From an uncultured Opitutia bacterium (GTDB lineage: Bacteria > Verrucomicrobiota > Verrucomicrobiia > Opitutales > Opitutaceae): a stretch of 64,000 nucleotides of DNA. The stretch lies in contig CALFZM010000082.1 in NCBI GenBank assembly GCA_937952235.1, forward strand, positions 4,312 to 68,311, written 5' to 3'. Shown here piece by piece: positions 1 through 8,696 of the stretch (position 1 is its first letter; every line of letters starts with the position of its first letter). A model generated the notes under the pieces. The model did no database searches. It was not told where the DNA came from and saw only the letters and a list, made by a program, of their open reading frames with translations. The translations under genes were made by a program, and so were the position numbers.

Positions 1-777
1 CGGCAGCTCATCACGGTGGATCCCGTGGTGTTCGGCCGGCATTTCGACGCGCACGTGCCGGCCCGCGCCGTGGGGGCCAAGCTGCTGAAGCGCAACCTGA
101 GCGATCTCGCCGCCATGGGCGGACGTCCGACCGCCGCCGTGCTCGCGCTCACGCTCGATGGCCGCGTGCGTCGCGCCTGGCTGGAGCAGTTTTACCGCGG
201 CCTCGCCGCCTGTGCCCGGCGGTACCGCGTGCCGGTCGTCGGCGGCGATGTCACCCAGGCCGACGGCGTGCTCGCCGCCAGCCTCACGCTGCTGGGTGCG
301 ACCACCGGTCCCCGCGTCATCACCCGCACGGGCGCGCGAGCCGGCGACTGGATCTTCGTCACCGGCCGCCTCGGCCGCAGCCTGGCGACCGGGCACCACT
401 TCCGCTTCGCGCCCCGCCTGGCCGAAGGCGCGTGGCTCGCCGCCCGTCCCGAGGTCCGCGCGATGATGGACCTCAGCGACGGGCTGGCCAAGGACCTGCA
501 CGCCCTCACGCCCGCCGGCGCGATGCCTGCGCTCGATGCCCGGACCCTGCCGCGGCGCGCGGGGGCGGACCTGCGCGGCGCGCTCACCGACGGCGAGGAC
601 TACGAGCTGGTGCTGGCGGTCGCCCGCCGCGCCGATCTCGACGCGCTGCACCGCGACTGGCGGCGGCGGTTTCCCCGCACCCCGCTCACCCGCGTCGGCC
701 GGTTCGCGAAGCTGGCGGAGCCTTCCGACGGCAGCCTGCGCCTCGCGTCCTATCGCGGGTACGAACATCTCCGGTGA
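1..777 (+). CDS. thiL: Thiamine-monophosphate kinase (5' end outside window)
   Basis: Frame open from base 1; motifs NLSDLAAMGG, VGGDVT, MMDLSDGL, GEDYEL. Confidence 0.92.
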   Translation, partial: RQLITVDPVVFGRHFDAHVPARAVGAKLLKRNLSDLAAMGGRPTAAVLALTLDGRVRRAWLEQFYRGLAACARRYRVPVVGGDVTQADGVLAASLTLLGATTGPRVITRTGARAGDWIFVTGRLGRSLATGHHFRFAPRLAEGAWLAARPEVRAMMDLSDGLAKDLHALTPAGAMPALDARTLPRRAGADLRGALTDGEDYELVLAVARRADLDALHRDWRRRFPRTPLTRVGRFAKLAEPSDGSLRLASYRGYEHLR

Positions 778-779
778 GC

Positions 780-1238
780 ATGCCGCCCGACCCGATTCTC
801 GCCCGGCTGCACGCCGGCGTCACCACCGGCTCGGCCGACGAAACCCGCGCGCTCGCCGCCGCCCTGGCCCGCGTGCTTCCCGCTGCCGCCACGCTCGCGC
901 TGCACGGCGACCTGGGCGTGGGCAAGACCACGTTCGTCCAGGGCCTGGCCGCCGGACTTGGTATCCGGGAACCGGTGACGAGCCCGACCTTCAACCTCTT
1001 CACCCTCCATCGCGGACCGACCAACCTGCTGCATCTCGATGCGTACCGGCTGGAGCGGGCCGGGGACGTGGAAAGCCTGCTCCTCAGCGACTTCATGACG
1101 CCGCCCTGGTGCCTGGCGGTCGAATGGCCGGAAAGGATCGCCGGCTGGCTGCCGGCGGACACGTGGCACCTAGACCTCGGGATCACGCCCGACGAACGCC
1201 ACACGATCAGGCTGCGTACGCCGGGCGGCGCCGGGTAG
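780..1238 (+). CDS. tsaE: tRNA threonylcarbamoyladenosine biosynthesis ATPase
   Basis: LHGDLGVGKTTFVQG Walker A, VTSPTF, HLDAYRL, VEWPE; abuts the thiL stop (alternative GTG at 774). Confidence 0.93.
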   Translation: MPPDPILARLHAGVTTGSADETRALAAALARVLPAAATLALHGDLGVGKTTFVQGLAAGLGIREPVTSPTFNLFTLHRGPTNLLHLDAYRLERAGDVESLLLSDFMTPPWCLAVEWPERIAGWLPADTWHLDLGITPDERHTIRLRTPGGAG

Positions 1239-1264
1239 GCGCCCCATCCGCCCGCGGCCGGCGC

Positions 1265-3268
1265 TCAACTGCCGGAGGCAGGAGGCGCTTCGGGCCGGGA
1301 GGGTGCGGCGACGTCGGAGCCTTCCGCCGGGACTTCGGCGGCGGGCAGGGATTCCGCGGCGGGCGCGGGATCGCCGGCCGGCGCCGCCTCGGCCGCCGCC
1401 GCGGCTTCCGCGGCGGGCGCGGGCGAATCGGCGGGAGGAGCCTCTGGGAAATTTTCGGGATCGTGCTCCTCGCTCTCGATCTCCTTTTTCCGCGCCTCGA
1501 CCATCGGTGGCGGCGCAAAGAGACGGCCGTCGATGAACTCGGTCACGTAGCCTTCGCGGACGAGCCAGAGCAGGTCGCCCTGGAGGCGGGAGATGCGCGC
1601 GCGCTCGTCGATCGTGAGCGTGGGCTCCGCGACCGGGGCGGGAGCGGCGGGCGTGCCCTCGGCCGCTGCGGCGGCTTCCGCCGCGGGCGCCGGGGCTTCC
1701 GCCGGCCGGGGCGGGGGCAGCGCCGCGATGCCGAGGAACTTCACGGGCAGCTCCCCGGCGCGCACCATCGGGTTGGCTTCGATGAAGCCGATCAGCGCGC
1801 CGATGCTGTCCGAGAACGTCTGGCCGGGCACGCGGAACTTGCGCTTCACGGCGCAAACGTAGGACACGCCCTTCGAGCCCTTCTTGAAGATCGAGAGGTG
1901 TTCCCTCCGCAGGCGCCCGCGCAGGGCGTTGGCGGTATCCAGCGGGAACCTACGCTGGCGTTCCAGGGCTCCGTCGATCGCGCGGCGGATCTCTCCGGGC
2001 GGGATCGTCTCCACGACCTTGCCGTGGAAGCGCGCCGTGTCGGCGGTGCGCACCACCTTGTCGCGGGCCTGAGTGAGCAGGTAGAGGCGCGCATCCTCCA
2101 GCGTGTCGAAGGTCGGCACGTTCGAAAGCGCCGGGGCGGCGGGCTCGGGCGCGGCGGCTTCCGCCCCTTCCGGCGCCGGGGCCTCCGGCGCGGGCGCCTC
2201 GGCGGGCTCGGCCGGCTTGGCGCCGGGCACGGGCAATTTCCACGTGAACCGCGTGGTCTTCTTCATCTTCGCCAGCCACTGGTTGACGATCTCCGGATCG
2301 CGCACGGTCTCGATGCGCGCGCGGAAGGCGTCGAAGCCCACGCGCGATGCGACCTTGGCGGCGTAATGCTGCTGCACGATCTGGTTGTACCGGTGGTAAT
2401 TCGGCGGCCCGAGCAGTTCGCCGGTGATGCCGCAGCGGTTGATCACCTGGAAATTCCCCTTCGGCGGCTCCACCTCCACCTCGGCGGTTTCGAAGAACTT
2501 GTCGAGGTGGCGGCTCATCACGTGGGCGACCGCAGCCTCGTCGCTCTCGAACGGCAGGCCGTCGGGCACGGAGATGTGGAACTGCGGCCGAGGCGGCCGG
2601 GCGGGAGCAGCTTCGCCGGCGGCCGGCCGGGGCGCTGCCGCGGCGGCTTCGGGCGCGGACTTCGGCGCGATCACCACCACGAACCGGTCGGCCTTGGCGA
2701 CCACCGTGCGGGCGATCTCGAACAGTTCCACCGTGCGGCACGATTTGCGGATCGTCTGCACGAGCGTGTTGAAGCTGGTATCCTCCGGATAAAACGTCAC
2801 CGCGTAATACGGGCTGTCGTAGGGCCCGCGCTCCTGGAACGAGCCGCGCCCCTGGAAACCGCCTTGGCCGCCGCCCTGGAAGCGGGGTCCCCGGTCGCCG
2901 CCGTAGCCGCCTTCGCGCCGCGGTCCACCGCGAAACTCTCCGCCCCCTTCGCGCCGCGGCCGGCGATCGCCGGAAAATTCGCGGCGCTCACCGCCCGGGC
3001 CGCCGCCTCCTGGCCCGCCACCCGGCGCCGGCTCGTCACCGGGGGCACCGAGCGGACGGCGGAACGAACGCCGGTCGCGCCGATCGCCTCCCGCGGGACC
3101 GTCCCGGCGATCGTCGCGGCGGGGACGATCCCCGCCCGCATCGCGCCGATCCGGAGCGGACGGTTTTTCCTGCGTCCACTGCGTGCCGAAGCTGAAGCCC
3201 TGCAGCTGGCTCAGATCGAGTTTGTTGAAATCCGCGGGCGGATTCTCCTTGGGGGCGTTGTCGTCCAT
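1265..3268 (-). CDS. Hypothetical protein with Arg/Gly-rich N-terminus, globular core and acidic Ala/Pro tail
   Basis: 667-aa ORF with coherent composition and high GC3; no recognisable catalytic motif. Confidence 0.8.
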   Translation of the reverse strand: MDDNAPKENPPADFNKLDLSQLQGFSFGTQWTQEKPSAPDRRDAGGDRPRRDDRRDGPAGGDRRDRRSFRRPLGAPGDEPAPGGGPGGGGPGGERREFSGDRRPRREGGGEFRGGPRREGGYGGDRGPRFQGGGQGGFQGRGSFQERGPYDSPYYAVTFYPEDTSFNTLVQTIRKSCRTVELFEIARTVVAKADRFVVVIAPKSAPEAAAAAPRPAAGEAAPARPPRPQFHISVPDGLPFESDEAAVAHVMSRHLDKFFETAEVEVEPPKGNFQVINRCGITGELLGPPNYHRYNQIVQQHYAAKVASRVGFDAFRARIETVRDPEIVNQWLAKMKKTTRFTWKLPVPGAKPAEPAEAPAPEAPAPEGAEAAAPEPAAPALSNVPTFDTLEDARLYLLTQARDKVVRTADTARFHGKVVETIPPGEIRRAIDGALERQRRFPLDTANALRGRLRREHLSIFKKGSKGVSYVCAVKRKFRVPGQTFSDSIGALIGFIEANPMVRAGELPVKFLGIAALPPPRPAEAPAPAAEAAAAAEGTPAAPAPVAEPTLTIDERARISRLQGDLLWLVREGYVTEFIDGRLFAPPPMVEARKKEIESEEHDPENFPEAPPADSPAPAAEAAAAAEAAPAGDPAPAAESLPAAEVPAEGSDVAAPSRPEAPPASGS

Positions 3269-3422
3269 GTAGTCCGGGAAAAGCGGGTATTCACCCGCGT
3301 GATTGGCTTGGTCTCAAGAGCGCGCTCGTAAGCACTGCGGAGTCTCGGCGGGGCGGTGGCAGTGGCAAGCAGTTTCCCGGCGGGGGATTGGCGCGCTCGC
3401 CGGGGCCCGGCGCGGACCGCGA

Positions 3423-5405
3423 TCAGCGCAGCAGGTAAACTTCCACCATCGCTTCGCCGGTGGTGCCCCCGACACCGGAAATCTGCACGGTGTATTCGCC
3501 GGGTTGGGCCTCGAACACCACCGCGGCGTCGGCGCTGCCCGCCGCGAGGGGAAACGCCGCCACGCTCGCCGCCGCTGCCGCCAGGTCGCCGGCGTTGCCG
3601 CCCGTGGACCAGCCGGTGTTCACCGCCAGCGACAACGGGCCCCGAAACAACTCGAGCCGCGGGCGGGCGAGCACTCCCGGCACCCCGAACTGCGCCAGGC
3701 CCGGCCCGATGCCGCGAACCAGCAGCCGCAGGTTGCCCACGCCGCCGACGACGACGCCCGCGATGAGCACGTCCTGCCCGGTGCCGACAAATCCCCGGGT
3801 GGAAAGGTTGATGATGCGCCCCGTGGGATCGCCGCCGCGCGCATCGTAGACTTCGACGAGCGCCACGCCCGCGGCACCGTCGGCGCTGCCCACGTGGGCC
3901 GTGAACGATCCCGGCGGCAGGGGCCGCACGATCGCCGCGTCGCGGCTGCCGGGCTCGAGGGGAAAGGCACCGACGCCGGCGGTGGTGTCGACGATCGAGA
4001 GGTTGGAGATCTCGTCGGATTCCCGCCAGTTGTCGTTCGACTGGAGGGCGGTGCGGCCCGTGAAGAGGTCGAGCCGCGGGTCCGGCAGGTGGCCCACGAT
4101 TCCGAGCCGGGAGAGGCCGGGGCCGACCGCCCGGACGAGGTAGGCGCGCTCGGATGCGCCTTCGACCACGAAGCCCGCCACCAGGTTGCTGGTGCCGCCG
4201 GCGAGCGCGCGGGTCGCGATATTCGCCAGTTGCGCGCCGACGCTGCGCGCGGCCGAAAGGCCGGTGCGGCGGACGTTGCGGCGGAAGGCGGGCCAGTTCG
4301 AGACGGCGGAGAGCGCCGAGCCGTTGCCGTTGAGCTTGTAGAGGTGGCCGTCCAGCGATCCGACGTAGATCGCACCGTCCGGCGCGATGAGCGGTGAAGA
4401 CTCGATGTAGTCCCCCACCCCGCCACGCGTGTCGAACCGCCAGCGCTCCGCGCCGGTGGCCCCGTCGAGGGCGCGCACGATGCCGTCATCGGCGCCGAAG
4501 ATCACCGCGCCATCGGCGCGGACCGCTCCGGTCGAAGCGGAGGTCGCGTTGATGCTGGTGCGCCACCGCAGGCGATCGTCGGTGTCGCCGGGCCGCAACG
4601 CGTAGAAATTCACGTCGGACGCGAAATAGATCGTGCCATCCGCCCCCACGACGGGCGACGCCTGGATGTCTCCGTTGGTGAAATACTCCCACCGGCGCGC
4701 GCCATTGGCAGCAAGCGCGTAGAGCCGCTGGTCGCCCGATCCGACATAGAGTGTGCCGTCGGCGCCGATGGCGGGGGAGGAAAATATCCGGCCGCCCGTC
4801 GCGAAGCGCCACCGCTCCGTGCCGTCCGGAGCGATCGCGTACACGTTGCGGTCGTCGGACCCGACGTAGATCGTGCCATCCGCCCCGATCGCCGGTGACG
4901 AATCAATGGTGCCGCCCGTGGGAAACGACCACCGCAGCAATCCCGCGGGGCTGAGGGCATGGAGCCGGCCGTCCGCCGCCCCGAAGTAGATCGTGCCATC
5001 GGCCCCGATCGCCGGCGAACTGCTGATGTAAGCGCCCACGGGATATGCCCAGCGGGTGGCGCCGTCCGCGGGATTCAACGCGTAGAGCTGCCCGTCGCCC
5101 GCTCCCAGGTAGATCGTGCCGTCCGCCGCGACGGCAGGGGTCGCATCCACGAATGCCGTCCGGTCGCGCACCCAGCGCACCGCGCCGTCGCGCGACGCCG
5201 CGATGATCCGTCCGCCCCCGGCCCCGCGGATCACGCCGACGTAGATCGTGTTGCCGTCGGGACTGAGCGCCGGCGCGGAATAGGAAATGTAGCCTCCGCC
5301 GGCTCCCCCCACGTTGAGAGCCCACTGCCGCGACCCATCCTGCCCGGCTCCCCTCACCGCCGACAGGAAAACCGCCGCCAGCAGGACGGGCCACCGCCAG
5401 CCCAT
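3423..5405 (-). CDS. Secreted PQQ-like/BamB-type beta-propeller protein with two C-terminal repeat modules
   Basis: Signal-peptide-like N-terminus (MGWRWPVLLAAVFLSAVRG); repeated SSPAIGADGTIY..W blades; C-terminal NIATRA/NLSTRG modules. Confidence 0.85.
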   Translation of the reverse strand: MGWRWPVLLAAVFLSAVRGAGQDGSRQWALNVGGAGGGYISYSAPALSPDGNTIYVGVIRGAGGGRIIAASRDGAVRWVRDRTAFVDATPAVAADGTIYLGAGDGQLYALNPADGATRWAYPVGAYISSSPAIGADGTIYFGAADGRLHALSPAGLLRWSFPTGGTIDSSPAIGADGTIYVGSDDRNVYAIAPDGTERWRFATGGRIFSSPAIGADGTLYVGSGDQRLYALAANGARRWEYFTNGDIQASPVVGADGTIYFASDVNFYALRPGDTDDRLRWRTSINATSASTGAVRADGAVIFGADDGIVRALDGATGAERWRFDTRGGVGDYIESSPLIAPDGAIYVGSLDGHLYKLNGNGSALSAVSNWPAFRRNVRRTGLSAARSVGAQLANIATRALAGGTSNLVAGFVVEGASERAYLVRAVGPGLSRLGIVGHLPDPRLDLFTGRTALQSNDNWRESDEISNLSIVDTTAGVGAFPLEPGSRDAAIVRPLPPGSFTAHVGSADGAAGVALVEVYDARGGDPTGRIINLSTRGFVGTGQDVLIAGVVVGGVGNLRLLVRGIGPGLAQFGVPGVLARPRLELFRGPLSLAVNTGWSTGGNAGDLAAAAASVAAFPLAAGSADAAVVFEAQPGEYTVQISGVGGTTGEAMVEVYLLR

Positions 5406-5486
5406 CGCGTCACGAAGACCGCGGCCGGTCCGAACGGCGCCGGGCGCCGGCAAAAATGACCCCTTCGGTTGCAGGCAGCGCTCGAA

Positions 5487-6860
5487 TCATGGCTCCGGCT
5501 CCAACACAAGTCGGAAGCGGGTGCCCCGATGATCGCTCCGGACGAGCTCGATGCGGCCGCCCGCCTGCCGGGCCAGCCGCTGGCTGAGGGCGAGGCCCAG
5601 GCCGCTGCCGCCGACCTTGCCGCTCGGGCAGGGCTCGAAGAGATGCTGCCGCACTGCCTCCGGCAGCCCGCCGGCGTGGTCTTCGACGACGAACGCGACG
5701 CCGCCGGAGTCGGCCGTGCCGGTCAGCCGCACCTCGCCGCCAGGTGCGGACGCCTCGAGCGCGTTCTGGACGAGGTTCCGCAGGACCAGCCCGGCGAGAT
5801 TGGCCCGGCGCGCGGAAAGGGCGGCCGCGCCGTCGGCCGCGGCGATGAATCTCACGCCGCGGCGCTGGGCGTCGGGGCGGACCTTGGCCTCGACACTCTC
5901 GGCCACCTCGGCGGCGGTGAGTTCGAAATCGACGCCTGACTGCTCGTCGCGCAGGACACCCACGACATCGTTGACCATGGTGCGCAAACGCCGCGTGAGC
6001 TCGGAGGCCGCGGCGAGTTCTCCGTCACGCGCTTCACCCCGCCCGGCGGAGTCGGCCGGCGCGCCGACAATCGATTCCAGCCCGGCGAGCGGATTCTTGA
6101 TCTCGTGCACGAGGTGCGCTGCGACCGCGCCGAGCGCGGAGGTCTTGGCGGCGAGCACGAGTTCGCGGTTGGCGCGGAGGAGGTCGTCGCTGCGCACGCG
6201 CAACGCCCGGTTGGCCGCATCGAGCCGGCGGAAGGCCCAGCCCAGGGCGGCGCTTATGACGAGCGATCCGGCGAGCCAGGCGATCGCGGCCTGGGTCCAC
6301 AACCGGCGATCGTGCGCACCCAGTTCCTCGAGCAGCCGGTCGGCTTCCATCCAAAACTGCGCGGCGCCGATGAAAGCGGCCGACCGGCTGCGCCGCAAGG
6401 GCACCCAGGCCTCGAACGCAGCGTCGGCGGTCCCCGCCGGAATGATCTCGGCCGCGGGATCCCGCGAGACCTCGCGATGCAGCCGGCCCAGAGACTCGCC
6501 CGCCACGAGCCGCGACCAGATCGTCTCGGGCGGCGGGCGCTCCGCGGGAGGCAGCAGGTAGGTGCCGTTGGGCTGGCGCCCCGCATCGTAGATCCGCAAT
6601 CCGGATACGCCCGCGAGCTTCTGCGTCTTGAGCACGGCGATGAACATCGCCCCCGGGACCTCCTCTGCGGCGTCGTCGAGCTGCATCGATGCGATGGCCG
6701 CCAGCATCTCCGCCTCGCGCCGCAGGATCTGTTCGCGCAGGCCTGCGCGGAGCTGGTGCGTCATCAGCGCCACGAGGCAGCCGAACAGCAGCACCGTGAC
6801 GCCAATCACGCTCAGGCGCGTGATGCGGCCGGACGGCGGAGGGGCGGCGGGAGCGGGCAT
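5487..6860 (-). CDS. Membrane sensor histidine kinase
   Basis: Two TM segments around a periplasmic region, H-box HEIKNPL, N-box NLVQNALEA, G-box GSGLGL. Confidence 0.9.
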   Translation of the reverse strand: MPAPAAPPPSGRITRLSVIGVTVLLFGCLVALMTHQLRAGLREQILRREAEMLAAIASMQLDDAAEEVPGAMFIAVLKTQKLAGVSGLRIYDAGRQPNGTYLLPPAERPPPETIWSRLVAGESLGRLHREVSRDPAAEIIPAGTADAAFEAWVPLRRSRSAAFIGAAQFWMEADRLLEELGAHDRRLWTQAAIAWLAGSLVISAALGWAFRRLDAANRALRVRSDDLLRANRELVLAAKTSALGAVAAHLVHEIKNPLAGLESIVGAPADSAGRGEARDGELAAASELTRRLRTMVNDVVGVLRDEQSGVDFELTAAEVAESVEAKVRPDAQRRGVRFIAAADGAAALSARRANLAGLVLRNLVQNALEASAPGGEVRLTGTADSGGVAFVVEDHAGGLPEAVRQHLFEPCPSGKVGGSGLGLALSQRLARQAGGRIELVRSDHRGTRFRLVLEPEP

Positions 6861-6876
6861 TGCGGGGCGGGCGGGA

Positions 6877-8043
6877 TCATTTTTCCCAGCGCCACCGCAA
6901 GCCAAGCAAGCCTTCGTTCACCCGATAGGAGGCAAACGCGTCGTTCGAACGCGAGCGCTCCCACAGATAGGACGCGAGCAGAGTCCAGCGTTCCGAGAGG
7001 CTCCGCTCCAGGTGCACCTCCGCGACGAACTCATCCTTCAGGCGCGAGGGTGGATCGACGCCGATCCCGGCCTTCTGCACGTTGAAATCCAGCCGGCTGG
7101 CGCTGCCGCCGATCCGGACCAGCCACGGCTCGGCGCGCCATTCGAGCTCCTGCGTCGCCTTCTGTTCGCGGTAGTTGAAGTAACCCGAGCCGTTGTCGCG
7201 ATAATGCAGCAGGCTCACCCGGGTCGTGGCCTGCCAGTGCCCGGCACGGTCCAGGGAGACGTCCGCCCTAGCCTCCCACTCCCGTTCGCTGATCTTCAAC
7301 GCCGTGTCGGGCAATGAGCGTCCCGCCGCGGAATACTGTTCGCGGCGGTCGAAGGTCCGCCAGCGGCGCGCGCCCGAAATCCGGGCCTCGAAGCGCCGTC
7401 CGGGCAGCCAGGCGAGGCGGACCGCCCCCTCCCCGATCCGGCCGTCGTTGGCGCCGTCGTCGAAGCGCTTGCGCTGCGCGGAACCCTGCACTTCCAACCA
7501 CCACCGGCGGTGCCATTCCCACCGGACGTTCGGGCCCGCCATCACGCCGCGCACCTTCAGGGCGGCCACGCGCCGCTCGACATCCGTATCCGAAACGTCG
7601 AACACCTGATCGTAAAAATAGCCGGTTACCGGGAGTGCCACCTTGAGTCCTTCCCCAAGGCGGTAGCCGGGATCGAGCTGCAGCCAGACCTTGCTGTCCT
7701 GGTCCGAGGTCCGCGCGGAGAAGTAGTGCGAGCCCTCTCCTTCCAGGTACCCCGAAAATTCGAAGCTCCCCTGCGGCACGCGCAGCAGCAGCAGTTCCAC
7801 GCCACTGCGCACGAAGGCGCTGCGCTCGGGATCGACGTAACTGAGGAGCAGGTTGTCCTTGTAGCCGTAAGCGGCGCGGGCCGAGGTGGAAACGCTCCAT
7901 TGCGGGAGCGAGGCCAGAAGCGCGGCCAGTTGCGCACGGGAGGCGTCGGGCTCAGGCGCGGCACCGGCCCGGACCGGCAGCGGCGCCCGCCAGAGGCCCA
8001 CGAGGGCGAACAGGCACAGCACGGAGTGACGCGGGGATAACAC
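6877..8043 (-). CDS. Probable outer-membrane beta-barrel protein
   Basis: Signal peptide, alternating Trp/Tyr/Arg-rich strands, aromatic C-terminal strand (GLRWRWEK). Confidence 0.65.
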   Translation of the reverse strand: MLSPRHSVLCLFALVGLWRAPLPVRAGAAPEPDASRAQLAALLASLPQWSVSTSARAAYGYKDNLLLSYVDPERSAFVRSGVELLLLRVPQGSFEFSGYLEGEGSHYFSARTSDQDSKVWLQLDPGYRLGEGLKVALPVTGYFYDQVFDVSDTDVERRVAALKVRGVMAGPNVRWEWHRRWWLEVQGSAQRKRFDDGANDGRIGEGAVRLAWLPGRRFEARISGARRWRTFDRREQYSAAGRSLPDTALKISEREWEARADVSLDRAGHWQATTRVSLLHYRDNGSGYFNYREQKATQELEWRAEPWLVRIGGSASRLDFNVQKAGIGVDPPSRLKDEFVAEVHLERSLSERWTLLASYLWERSRSNDAFASYRVNEGLLGLRWRWEK

Positions 8044-8121
8044 GGCCGGGGCGGGGAAAAGTGAGGGAGGCTGGGCCGACAGACCCTTTCACTCAAGTCA
8101 TGTTCACGGGAAGTGCGGACG

Positions 8122-8154
8122 AAAAAAGGGCGGGCGCCGAAGCGACCGCCCTTT
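8122..8154 (-). terminator. Intrinsic terminator downstream of the coiled-coil protein gene
   Basis: Minus strand reads AAAGGGCGG-tcgcttcggcgc-CCGCCC-TTTTTT: GC stem followed by a U-tract. Confidence 0.75.
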
Positions 8155-8192
8155 GACTGACATTACGCCGAAAATTCAGATTCGCATCCGCT

Positions 8193-8549
8193 TCAACGCT
8201 TCGCCGCCGCCCCGCGCTGTTTGCGCTGCTCGTCACGGATCTGCTTGTGCAGCGCGATCGTCATCTCCTCGAACGCCTTCTTGCGCTCCTCCATCTTCTG
8301 CCGGATCGCCTGCTTCTGCTCCTCCGTCGCTTCCGCGAGTTGCTTCCGCAGCGTCTCGTAATCGGAAATCAACTGATCGCGCTGCTTGCCGGCCTCCTCC
8401 AGGAGTTTCCGGAGCTCGGCAGCCGTGGCCACCGGTTTCTTCGCCTTATCCTGCGCCGGACTTTCCGCCGCGCGCATCAGGCTCGCACCCCACCCCAGCG
8501 CCAGAAGCGCCAGGGCCAGCCGCCGAAATCGGGGAAGAAGGTGTGCCAT
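8193..8549 (-). CDS. Small secreted charged coiled-coil protein
   Basis: Signal peptide MAHLLPRFRRLALALLALGWGASLMRA, then an E/K/R/Q-rich helical region; GAGG upstream of ATG 8549. Confidence 0.75.
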   Translation of the reverse strand: MAHLLPRFRRLALALLALGWGASLMRAAESPAQDKAKKPVATAAELRKLLEEAGKQRDQLISDYETLRKQLAEATEEQKQAIRQKMEERKKAFEEMTIALHKQIRDEQRKQRGAAAKR

Positions 8550-8566
8550 CGGATTACCTCTACCCC

Positions 8567-8584
8567 TTGCACCCGTCATGCCAA
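8567..8584 (-). promoter_or_regulatory. Sigma54 (-24/-12) promoter
   Basis: Minus strand TTGGCATGACGGGTGCAA = GG-N10-GC, close to TGGCAC-N5-TTGC; lies directly downstream of a sigma54 activator gene. Confidence 0.7.
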
Positions 8585-8696
8585 GAGAATCAATTCTCCC
8601 AAACCGTTTCCGTTCAGATGCTAAAACAGCTTCACCCTTTTCTTCGACGGTTCGCCGCATGGGGAATAAATCCCAAACGCAAATTTCCGGCGCGCG

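Noticed and set aside
3269-3422. Possible ncRNA upstream of the 667-aa gene
   Set aside because: Only a short hairpin (GCGGGTATTCACCCGC) and a TTGCCA -35-like hexamer; no recognisable RNA family
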